NCBI GenBank assembly: GCA_012295275.1 | Contig: CM022679.1 | Coordinates: 6,572,001-6,636,000, forward strand | Reading direction: 5' to 3' | From: Chrysomallon squamiferum | Lineage: Eukaryota; Animalia; Mollusca | Length of the DNA: 64,000 nt | Shown here: one piece after another, positions 52,073 to 64,000 of the stretch | Numbering within the stretch: position 1 is the first letter of the stretch | How the letters are laid out: each line of letters begins with the position of its first letter | Program-made: the position numbers and the translations under genes | Notes under the pieces: model-generated | Told to the model about the DNA's origin: nothing | Database searches by the model: none | What the model saw: the letters and a program-made list of their open reading frames with translations, nothing else

Positions 52073-53147
52073 CTCTAGAAACTATATAATTATATTTGAC
52101 TAAATATTTGTTAAAACGCTGACTCATTCTTCCTAAGAGAGCTTGAAAAGCTATTTCTTGTTGTACCACGAATTATTAAAAAATAATAAAAAAGAGCGAT
52201 AATATATTCGTTTCTGGATATCAAGAACTGTGTACAATGGAGTTACAAAGATAGCCGGACGAAGGATTTTTCTCTCATTTTATAATTATGCAAAAATCAA
52301 AGCGTTGTTAAGCTATTACTTAATTCAGTTTAGTCTAGAATAAATGAAAACGTACGTGGCTAGTTGGGTTTTGTCCTTTAAATTTGTTTATCTATAGAAG
52401 CTCCACTGGGAAACAATATTAACTTTAAATCGGAATAAAGAAAGGAGCAAATATTTTTTAACGTTCTCTTTCATTTATTAAAGGTTAAGTATACTGCTGT
52501 GTCACCAATACTGCAGTCCCCTTCCACGTCTGACACTCGTGACAGAAATGTATATGCTTCACATAACCTTTCATAAACAAAAGCGGGGGTGTTTTTCACG
52601 AATATATATATATGGGTGAATGGGTTCTTAGGTCATAGATCAGACGAAATTTGACTGTTATTACAACTGTAGATAAAACGATGAACTGCATTTTAGTTTT
52701 ATTGATTTTTAGACAGTTTCAGGCTTTCTTATTTCTATCATCTGCTACCTAATTAAAGTTTGATTCAGAGTTACTAAACGTGAGATTTAATGCATGGAAT
52801 CTGCCTAAACTATACACACGTGTCCAACCAAAAACTTGGCATGCGACTCAACTTCAGAAAATTCTAGATTCCCGCTCTTCATTCAACCATGCACGCAAAG
52901 TATTTTTCTTTTGTTACTTTTATTGTTATTATTTACTGGAAATGTAGTGTTTACAAATAGGAAGAGATTTTATATTTTTTACATCTGGGTTAAAATAGTT
53001 GCGTATAAAAAGTATGGATTTAAAAAACAGAAAGGAAATAAAAAAATAAAAAATTGTTTGTTTTCAACAAGTAACTTCAGTGTATTATATCTGAACATTC
53101 AGTCGGAATTTTTTTCTTTATTCATAAAAAATACAATCTAAGTGTAT

Positions 53148-53393
53148 TAATGGCGGATCCAAACGTGTCTTGAAAAACAAATTATGTTATATTACATTAT
53201 CTATAAATGGCCGATTTATTTATTCATTTTAAATTTTTAAAGTGATCTTATATGTGACATGCATCTTCACTTTGTGAGTAATAATTATTCCTGTGCTCAG
53301 AATTAATACTTTTTGTTTAGCGGGGTCGGCACGCCTTATTTCCTCCGACCCAGAAATGTTGAAATGGTGATAACCATTCTGGATCCGACACTG
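53148..53393. mobile_element. Possible MITE remnant with GGCGGATCC-type TIRs
   Basis: taatggcggatccaa ... ctggatccgacactg form imperfect inverted ends; no TSD found. Confidence 0.4.
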
Positions 53394-53699
53394 GCGAACT
53401 GTGAACACAACAAAGCACACATCTCGACAGTGAAAATGCGCTGTGTCTATGCGGAAGCTTTTTCAGAGTATCACGCTGCAGTTATAATGGAGTAAGGTGC
53501 AGTGTTTGAATGGAGCGTAAAGTGACACCTATCGTGCTTTTGAGTTCTTTACAAAGAACTAGATTATTTCATATATACAATACATTAAAAAATAAAATCC
53601 ATACTATCTTAGGTGGGCCACACCCATTAAACAGATTATTTCCTTCGGTTTTATATTTTTCATTTGTAAAAGAATTTGAATTTTAGTCAATGTACGAAT

Positions 53700-53860
53700 G
53701 TGCGTGTGTATGTGTGTGTGTGTATATATATATGTGTGTGTGTGCATGTGTATATATATATATGTATGTATGTATGTATGTACGTGTGTGTATATATATA
53801 TGTGTATATGTATATATGTACATATAAACGCATATGTATGTGAAGTGTGTGTGTGTATAT
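53700..53860. repeat. Mixed (TG)/(TA)/(TATG) low-complexity repeat
   Basis: Seen directly; similar tracts occur at 39590-39722 and 48350-48530. Confidence 0.9.
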
Positions 53861-54327
53861 TTCAATTGAAACTAATTTTTAAACAACAAAAATGGAACAA
53901 TATATAATTCACAATTAAATTGTTGCTTAATAGAATGTTTTGCTTGCATTTCATAAAACATGTGACTGTTAAGATGACAAATATAAACTATTTCGTTTTC
54001 GTGGTTTATACCTGCGTTAAGACTGACACTATAGACTTTGAACACATTTCTCAGAATGATAAAATCATCGTGAAAAGCTTCTGACACTCAGAAATATATC
54101 TTGGCTGGATGTCAAATGTATGAGATATTACATTACCTTCTATATTTTATTTAATTAAGGAGTTCTCTAATGGAAGCACTGTTTGGAACGTTTTAACGTG
54201 CCAGTTAGGTCAAGGATATATGCTGTGGAGGATATCAGGTTTTAACACGCGTCCTCGTTTCTACCCATTCTGACATAAAATTAATGGGTTAGATTATTAT
54301 ATAGAGTTTAGTCTTACTTCTTCCCAA

Positions 54328-54329
<2 letters not shown>

Positions 54330-54419
<90 letters not shown>
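54330..54419. repeat. (CT)n microsatellite
   Basis: Seen directly in the sequence. Confidence 0.95.
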
Positions 54420-54422
<3 letters not shown>

Positions 54423-54951
54423 TCCTTCCACTTTTTCTTTCTTTTATTTAAATAGTTTGAAATAATATTTATAAACCTACAACATTTTGTCACGGATTAA
54501 GTTGAAGGCAAACTCAAGTCTATTCAGCAACATATAAATATTGTTATAAATACATTAGCGAACATATGAAAAATACATCCTGGTTACATGTCGTGATATA
54601 AATATGATACATACTCCAAAAATAGCGAATCATATTATTTTATTTCATATACTGTTTATGGGCACACCCGGCAACACCCATCATAATTCTTCAAAGCATT
54701 TTGTTTGTTAAGGCTATTTGGTATAAGATGACACATTAAATGGCTGACTGTATGCGATATATACAACAACAGTAACATTAAAAAAAAAAAAAAAAAAAAA
54801 AATCTTAGGTAAAAATGTGAGGCGGTTTCTCTGTCGGTTTTCATGCATGGATTCTTCGCATTGTTCCTTTCCATCTTCTTTGATATTAAATTCTGCGTTT
54901 CCCTTTATATATAATTTTGAATGCATACATACACACATCTCTATATATATA

Positions 54952-54952
<1 letters not shown>

Positions 54953-55001
<49 letters not shown>
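54953..55001. repeat. (TG)n microsatellite
   Basis: Seen directly in the sequence. Confidence 0.95.
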
Positions 55002-55002
<1 letters not shown>

Positions 55003-56884
55003 TAAATTTCAGTCAACGAATCTTAAATCTGCGTATTACTATTACAGACTTAAAGATGGGGTAAGAAATCCATCATAAATAAGAAATTCGATGTCTCCTT
55101 CCACTGACGCCAGAAACAGTTCAAACCTTTATCAAGGCCCAAGCCCCACCCTTACAAATTTCAGAATAGAAAATAATAATTATGTTTCCAAAAGAATCTC
55201 CATGTCTGTACTTTAAATATCAGTGCAAACACAAATAAACAAAAGTGAATTTCTGTATTTTGTGTAATTTTATCAATAAAAACATCCTTTGAATTGATTA
55301 GAAACTTCTGATCCATGCTATGTAATAACTAAAAACATCTTTAATTACGGGCAATCTAAAGCAATGAAAATTTTCATTTGTCCAAAACCAAGTTTCTTCA
55401 CTCTGGTCATTGTCTGGTTTGATGTTTAAATGTGGGAAAACAGGTATGTGACTTGGCAGGATTAACTTTAGCCAGGAGGCAGATTGTTTTCGAAATACGA
55501 CAATCGAAAAGATGAGATAAGGATAAGCTTTAGGGAGTGAGGAATACAATACAGACCTAGGCGAACATCAGCCTTTTTGGAATACTAATAAAGTATTTTA
55601 ATGGGTTGGAAATACCTGGAAATATATGTTTTTCAAGGTCAAACCACCGACTACAATTTAGCTAAACCTTGATTTTTTTGGTGAATGAATAATGAGGTGA
55701 ACAGAAGAGAAAAGAAGAGAATAACAAACAATGGAAGAACGAATATTTAATATTCTTAGCTGTTTACAATAGAAGCAGGTTCATGTATTTTATAATGAAT
55801 TTATGTTACTTTATCAAAAAAGGCAAGACTCAGCTTTTGAGATGTAGGTAGTAGTAATGGATGGATATAATTGGAAATCATGTAGAGAAAAAAAGACCAC
55901 TCAGCTATATGAAAAAAAAAAAAAAAAATTTAAAAAAATAACTTCAGATACATTTCAATGGATCATTTACAACTATTTACTTTTTATGAATGAAATAGTA
56001 AATCTAATTATAAAATGTAATGTTTCTTACACATTCATGTACAGGCCATAGCTAGTTTCTACGAAATATTTTCAGTTTGAACATCAACAGGACTTTCAAA
56101 TTATGCATTAGATGTGCTATAGAACGCTACCATTCGTGATGAAACTAGTTCAGAAAAGTATAGCGGATGCATGGGTGTGTTTTTATATTGTTTATGATTT
56201 GCAGCGAATATCCTAAGTGATTAAAATTCCATTTTATTAAAAAATTCTATAAAATACTGGAGACAAGAAAATGATCTTCGTTTTTCTTTTACACCAAGTA
56301 TTATAAATACGCATACCCAGGCGAATACTTTTGAGATTTAAACATTATTATTTTATAAATAAAACGTTTGTATTTGACTTTAGTGTATTGAACTCTGACA
56401 CCAATATGTGACCATCACCCGGCTAGACAAGTATCAGAAACCTTGAATAATGTTAGTTGAATGTAAGCTCGTAAATAAGTCAGACAATGCATTTACTTCT
56501 TCCAGATAATGCGCGTATCACTTGAAGCAGTTAATAACGATAAATTTAAAGCGCTGTTGTTACTGAACCGTGGAATGTCTAGTTTTTACAGTGTGCGCAT
56601 ATACGGTGGCCGTGAGGTATATAATTATGTTCTCGCTTAAATAGCGGTCATACAATTTTCGTTCGGGAGTTTCAGAAAATAATGTTAGTAAGAGAAATGT
56701 AAATTATTACCTCGGCGACATCTTGATTATTGCCCATCCATAAAATTCATACATCAAAAATAAGAAATGGAAATTCAGGAATTATATATAGGTGAGAATG
56801 ATGAGGTTTGATGGCTTCTGTGAACAGATGAAATTATTCTAATGTTAATGTTTAAATCCTAATTAAATCTCGCATTTTTATATA

Positions 56885-57494
56885 TACTACTCAAAAGAGG
56901 TTACGGGTCAAAGGAACTTTTTGATAATTTTTGGAAGTATGTTTTATTTTTTTATATTGTTATTATTATTTTTTTTTTTGGCCAGACAGGGTTAGAATAT
57001 TAACCTTTGTCATTTGGACTAAAGATATCATATTATTAAGGGACATGCAATCATTGCCTTATCTTTAGGAACTTTTTAAAGTTAACTCAGATTTCCTTTT
57101 CATGGATTTGAAGTAAAAACATAGTCAGAGTAAACTGACAACCTACCTTGTATATACCCACTCTGGTATCTTGTGCACCATTTGTACGTGCTTAGCAAGA
57201 GTGTAATTTAGTGCATGTCAATTTTAGCAATAAAAGGGATGAGCATTTTCCATTCATCATCACTTTAAATTAGAAGATGGTTCGACGACAATTCCGCTGC
57301 TTCTGTTAATATCATTTTTTGGGTGCATGACTTTCTCCATCTGGGTAGTAAAGTAGTTTCCAAGCAAAGGTTTTTTGTTTTGTGTGTTCTGTTCTTGAGA
57401 CATCAAATAAATAATGTGTCATTAATCAGTTTTAGCACATTAGCTTATTTTTATTTGCACAAATGTTTTTGACCCTTAAATGTTTTGAGTAGTA
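56885..57494. mobile_element. Tc1/mariner-type non-autonomous element (about 610 bp)
   Basis: TIRs tactactcaaaagaggttacgggtcaaa and tttgacccttaaatgttttgagtagta, flanked by TA on both sides; no transposase ORF. Confidence 0.78.
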
Positions 57495-60400
57495 TATTTC
57501 AATAATTAAATATTTAGATTGCAGCTAAGTTTTTTCCTGTAGCTTTTATGAGGTATGATGACTCGCATGACATTACATACCTGTGTTTCACCTATTGATT
57601 ATTGTTCGTTCCAGCCAGTGCTAATTGCCTGGTTTATTAAACGGTATGAAATATTCTTTCCACTTTATTAGTAGATACATTTAGAATATCCATTGGTGAA
57701 AATGAGTAAGAAATTCTATAGACCAATGATAGCCGGCTTTCTCCTCCGACTGGTCATAATTCTAGAATAGTATGACAGACTAACTGTTAGAATTTATATG
57801 TTTGTGAGCTTAATTAATATTTAATCATTATTATCAATAATAACAATTGATCATTTTGATATTGAAAATCAAAACTTTGATACAATCAGAAATTAAATAC
57901 CTGTATTATATACAGTGAAATAAAAAAGAATATTGAAAAACGTTCAAAACATTTACAGTAATAAAAAGCCTTGATTTTGAGAGAATTATTCTCAGTAGCG
58001 CTAATGAATCGTAATAAATATCATACCTGTACCAGCTCAACAGAAGCCGTCACAATAAAGATCAGCAAAAATATTTTACTTGAATTATTCATGTCACTAT
58101 TTCGTCATCAATCCTGCAACGTTATTTACACTCATGTGCTTCCAGTGTCTCAGTCCTTTATTTTGATTTGATTTCCCACAAATATCGATATCGTCTGCAC
58201 TTGCTTCTTTCTAATCCACACTAACTGGAATTGTTGCAACTTAATCTTTTATACTGCAGAACAAATTAACTTTTTAATTCTCCAATTTTCAGAGGTTTTT
58301 TTCAACCATTTAGTACATGTTCCAAAATAAAAATAACTGTTCAGCAAAACAATGTTATTATTCACTTACTCGATAATAAAGATTCTGAAATAGTGCAATT
58401 ACTGTATATAAATCTTTACATATAAAATTAATCCATTTTTCCAAACTGTACCGTAACGTTTAAAATTATGAGAGAACAAAATCAGAACACCTTTTGACAT
58501 CCACATTTACAGTTACAGTGTATCTATTATGTAGAACAAACGCAGTTGAGGAGACAATTTATTAAAAGGACATGTTGCATGTCACAAAACTGGCTCAGCA
58601 TATACAGTTTTACCCTGAGGCAGTGTCACAAAAGCTTTCGCCAAAGGGCCGGAGAAGTCAGCATTGCGATTCAGTCAACACGATTTTTGATGGATTTATT
58701 GGCTTTCTTTGGCATATAAATGTAGTAAAACTTGGACTTAATCTGCCTCTGATGTCATTTCTTTCTTCGTTATTGGAATATATATATATATATCAGAGGT
58801 CGGTTATCCCTATCAAGAATATGACATCTATTTTGTTATTGCTTGAAACCTACCATAAGAGAAATCTTTATTTTGAAATCTCGGCATAAGGTTTTAAATG
58901 TCATGCATGAATGTAAGTGTTGATTACATTATTCACAGAATTAAAATCCAGTGAAACGCAGTTGTAGCTGAAACGGAATATAACACTGAAACAAATGGAG
59001 TGAAAACATTTTTTATTATTATGATTTCAAATGTTTATTATTTGTAAGTCTGGAAGAGACATTCGGCTGGTGACAATGCCGACATGTAAATGAAAGAGTA
59101 GAAAAAATTGATTTAGTTGGCGTCAGTGATGTGTAGTATATTCAATAATAATCCTGTCCAAATATGATGCTTAAGTGTTTTCATTTCCCTGGTCAATATT
59201 CGACAACAAAAGACATTGCAAACTGAGAAATCAAGAACAGAATGAATATGCTATATTTAGTGTTTACCAGTTTTTAACTTATGCTCTTATTACATGCATG
59301 GAATATTTTTACTAACTAATGAAAAACACATTTATTACTGATATCAGATAATGTTTTTACTAATATCGGATAGAAGTTTTGCCAGCGTCAGATATAATTT
59401 TTATTAACTGATAGTCACACACACACACACACACACACACAGTTGTATTTAATTAAATGATGTCATGTTATTAATTCATGGCATTTATATTTATTTTACT
59501 GAAGATAAATACAAATATTATTGATTCATGTATAAAAATTGTTTTTGATATATAAATGTATTTATTATTATTTTTGTTTCTGTTGTCTATGACACGATTG
59601 AAATACCTTTTGTAAGATAAAATAACATAAATAAATAAATAAATAAAACAGTCAAAAAACATTAAAAGATAACTTTCTCTATCATGCAGGAAATTGCTAA
59701 GAGCAAAATCTCGGTTTTGAGAGCTAACTGTATTTTATTTCTTCCTTATTGTGTATGAATATTTTGTAGGTTTTATATATACGTCAGTTCAAAGAATTTT
59801 GTTATTCTTAAATATCATAACCGTTTGTATAAATATTCCAACTTCAAAACAATATTTATTAAGATAATTTGATAATATTTAACTTTTTGAATAAGTGGCG
59901 TTTGTAAGTGGGCTGTAGCTCATTTGTTAGGATGCAATCCTCTGGCTGTTTCACGTTCCAGCCTATGTATAGCTATATACTATTTTATTTAAGAGAAGGA
60001 GAACATAAAAAATTCCTTTTTGCTAATCAAAAATGTCATCCTTGGGTTTCTCTTTCATATCATTATTCAAAGGGCCATAACTGACTGACCTCTAATAACG
60101 AATAATTGTTATGTTATCTTGATTTAGAAGCTTTAGATACGTACACCTTTTAGATGCCATATGCACAATCGCGTCCGAATCGCCGATAAACTACCACAAA
60201 ACATTATCATATATTGTTACTAGATTCGAAACTTCCCCTCATCTTGGAGTATCAGTTAGGAGAATGATAATAAGAAATAATAATAACATAAAATCTTACA
60301 AGTCCATACGAGTTTCAAGACTAGTCAAGAAAATAAAAGATAAAAAAAAAATGAAGTGCTAAGAGCCAAGTATTAAATATTCAAATGCTAAAATGGTTTT

Positions 60401-62561
60401 CTCAGTCAAGACTGACCGGACTGTTGAGATTGCATGCAATCGCTAGAATGATCCAGAGTAGGGCAAAAGGGCGAAAAATATTCCTGTACAGCGACTGAAT
60501 CATGAAACTTTACAATTTACGAAGAAAATGGTAATATCTGCAGGGGTCTAATGGTCAAACTGCAAGAGATATTAACTTTACAGTTTGGACCATAAACGGC
60601 AATATCCTTAAACATTTTTAGAAAGTTCCAAAATGTGTTTTTTGAGATATGAAGTGTTAAATATCGGTGTATATATATATAATTTCAGGGTGAAAGCGTT
60701 AACTTACCGTTTTAAATTTTAAAGGTGAACATTTCAATGTTATCATGTTTCAGTGGGATATTAGTTTCAGGTTACTAACAGGTTGTCCGTTTTTGTTTCT
60801 TAACATGCCGATCGACTAATGTTAAAATAGTTATGTCAAGGTTAAAGGAACTATACCAAACTGTTATTTCGATATTAAGCAGCAAACTATGGAATATCTG
60901 TGAAAAAGTATGTGTATAGCAAGATGGTAAGGAATTGTAATCAATTCAAATTAAAGCGTTTGAAGCCAAATGTGTTATTGTAACTGTTATGTTTCATTCA
61001 GCGGTGTAAAGTAAAGCTTCTCTATTTTTAGGATTAAAAACATTAAAATTTTATGTATTTCAATGATATCGATACCACATATATAACAATAATTTCTTTT
61101 TGAAGAGAGTATGATTGACAGCAATTACTGGATCATGTAATAAAAATGTTATTTCGAACTCTGATTAATAACAGCTAATAAACCCTGGAAGAAGAGTTAT
61201 AGGTACAACGAATAAAATCAATAAATAAAGAAACAAAACAAACAAACAAACAAACCATATTTGGATTAAAAAAATTAAAATAAATAAATAAATAGAATAT
61301 AACCATTAAAAATAATAATAATAATAAAAGATAAAATATTATTTAAAAAGCCCTTGTATTTGTTTTATAATAAAAACAAACTATATAGTTATTTGAAAGT
61401 ACAATTTTTATTAGTAAGAAAAACAGCTAATATAATGTTTTTGAAAAAGGTTATATGATATCTCAGTTTTATATAGAAATATACATAATATATTTATATT
61501 AAATATATCAAAAAATAGATTGAATTTCTAATTTTCTGTTGAAAATAACGAGAAAATTACCATAAAAATTAATTGTCGCTGACAAGTTAAAAAAATGTAT
61601 AAAAATATTACCAAACATTCTGTCATTCTGTCATTCGTCCCATTCATCATGCTACCATCCAAAGTTAATAAAATAGTTTTAAAAGTCATAGTATAAAAAT
61701 AAAATTTAATCTGACAATCTTTGAATAATTTCTATAGATATACATAATTATAATTATAAAAATTCCAAAAATAAACAGACACGGTATAATTATGACAAAT
61801 TTTATGTGTTTAAAATATTTACTTAGATACACATAATTTTTATATACATACATACATATGGATCAGTTTTTGTAATATATATTTTTTTTAAGTGTTATCT
61901 GTGATATTTGAATATTATATACATCATACACATATAACCAATGTTTCCATGGTTATTTTCGGGATAAAAAGTTCAAAATGTGTTCCCTTTAATATTAATA
62001 TGTCATTAGTTGCTCCACATTAGTGATTTTAAACTATTCTTAACAGTTAGTGTTTTAGCAGTTATAGCTGAATTTAAAGTACATAAAACGAAAACGATGC
62101 ATAAATATCATTGTCAGCATAAACTTCGTTCACAGATTTTTCTTTATAAAATATTTGTTTTATTACATTTCATGCATGGAAATCCTTCTTATATATATAT
62201 CAAACAAAATAATTAAGAAACATATAATGACTCTAACTTCGTAAAACAAATCTCTTCAAATATTCTGCTAAAAAAATGAAGAATGAATATATCCAGTTAT
62301 ACATGAGGTGATCTTTGTGTTTATGACAAAGGGTATTTTTATTTTAAAAAAATGTTAATAAACAATAACCCACAGAAAAATTAATAATAGTAATAATAAT
62401 AATAAAAGTTAAAATATTTTTATTTTGTAATTATATATCGAATTTTCATATGATCTTTTTCTTATAGGTATGTTTAAGCACTGCGAATAATTTTTACATT
62501 TATAACAGTATGAGAAAAAAAAAAAAACAACAACAACAAAAAACAACTTTTCTGTTTCCCA

Positions 62562-63511
62562 TTATATATCGATCCTGCGGATGTACAGCCCTTTGCTATC
62601 TTTTCCAGCTTTCTCGCTCTCATCTTGAACTTTAACAGGGTCAATATTGTCATTAGTGACATTCATAAACCCAACGTAAGGAAGACCAAACTTGTACTGA
62701 TTAATATCAGCTTGTGTGTTGTCTTCTAATTCATTGCCCATATCCATAACAGCGTTCTTGTTTTCATAGGACTTATCCAGCTGCGAAGTGGCTTTGAGAT
62801 ATATGGAATTGCTCTTTCTGCTCGCGCTGCCATCATTGCTGCGTTTGACGCTTTGTTTCTTAAACTCTGAAGACGTTTCCTGTGGCTCTACTAGCTCTAC
62901 TACTGTGGCAGGCTGAGTGACTACATACTTGCCGTCCATGTAAAAGTATGGGTTGTATGTACCTTCGGATAACTCGTCCATGTTCTTGATTCTACCACTG
63001 GAAATCGTGACAAATTTTTATGTACATATCTGTGTATATGTGTTTGTACCTGTATTACTGTGCAAACGTTAATTAGATAAACATTTTAATTTTATAGGTT
63101 TTTTTCCACTGCTTTAGCAATTGTAATTCAACACTTATTTGATTAACAATATCTAGTTTGGGCTGTTTAGAAATATAAATGAATAACAGTCTTTGTAACA
63201 CAGTTTATATAGTTCAACAGCATTATCTTTTGCAAATAGTTTATAATATTGCCTAAACGTGTATAAAACCGAGTCATTCACATTTATTATTATAATGCTA
63301 TATTACTGAATAATATTAACATATGCGATAATACACATTCTATATGCTTTGATATAATTATGTAAATATATTACACTTATGTTATTTATATGAAGTATAT
63401 TATAACAATATTTATAAAGTTAACAATAACATGTTAATAAAGGCATGAGGATGTATCTAGAAATTCACTCTTATCTATGTGGTACATTACCTTTTGTCTT
63501 TAGGGGAAGAT
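62562..63511 (-). CDS. Gene 3: 3' end of an unidentified gene, probable cytoplasmic tail (exons 63491-63511 and 62562-62997)
   Basis: A normal-composition 139-aa ORF preceded by a tttccag acceptor (phase 2). An upstream 21-nt exon (ttgcag...AG|gtaatg) is phase 2-2. The protein ends in YIRRIDI*. Confidence 0.7.
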
Positions 63512-64000
63512 CTGCAAGATAAACAGGTTCCATTAGTTCGTTTTTAAATCTAATCAGGTATCTGATCTAAACTTTTTGCAGATGCCATTGTAAAATGATA
63601 TATCAGAGAATGTCATCAGTCTAGCTTTATGTTCATGATAAAGTAATTTTCATTCAAATCATATACCTCAGATAATATGATATCCTTCAGTTATATAAGC
63701 TACTTAAATTTTATTTGGAGAATCAAATATTTTTGTCTTTATGGTCAAGTCTACATTATATATGTATTAGATATGTTATTGTCATAAAAAATAACTTGTT
63801 CACTCAGTCAACATTACAGTCTTTTTACCTAAAAAAAATACTTCAAAATATATTCTACAAATCTGAGATAAATATCTTAAATGTTGTTTTTTTACAATTC
63901 TTTTACCCAAATGTTGAAAATGTTAATATTAATGGCCAATATTATTATAAAATGATAAAGGTCATAAAGAAATGCATAGAATACCAAAGAATAAACCACC

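Noticed and set aside
58170-58200. ADDIDICGKS on the minus strand, resembling a LINE reverse-transcriptase YADD motif
   Set aside because: It lacks the Y/F, has a nearby stop and no other RT motifs are visible; at best an unrecognisable remnant.

Overview
AT-rich, microsatellite-laden eukaryotic (animal; probably mollusc/cephalopod-like, inferred only from composition and gene style) genomic DNA with three intron-rich genes in tandem, all on the minus strand. Exons were reconstructed by hand from splice signals and reading phase. Gene 1 (7551 to the left edge) encodes a signal peptide, a GH18 chitinase-fold domain whose catalytic motif is mutated (DxxDxDxE to DGLNIDWQ), two Ephrin_rec_like (GCC2/GCC3) Cys repeats and a domain carrying a furin-type site; as assembled it has a 2-bp frameshift. 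Gene 2 (45889 to 12417, about 37 exons plus an assembly gap) encodes a large Uninflatable/SVEP1-like type I membrane protein: C-type lectin, EGF, PAN/apple, WxxW, EGF array, pentraxin/LamG, HYR, sushi, furin-site domain, 10 Ephrin_rec_like repeats, 2 EGF, TM and an NPxY tail. Gene 3 (63511 to 62562) is only the end of a probable cytoplasmic tail. Most striking observations: (1) one Ephrin_rec_like exon of gene 2 sits inverted in place on the plus strand (19639-19812), flanked by a perfect 12-bp inverted repeat and with its acceptor reading AA instead of AG; (2) the catalytically dead GH18 gene shares modules and intron phases with its neighbour; (3) a candidate 9-nt microexon would create a YDDP tyrosine motif in the gene 2 tail. 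Most ORFs in the supplied track are intronic or low-complexity noise. Several non-autonomous DNA transposons (hAT, Tc1/mariner) are also present.
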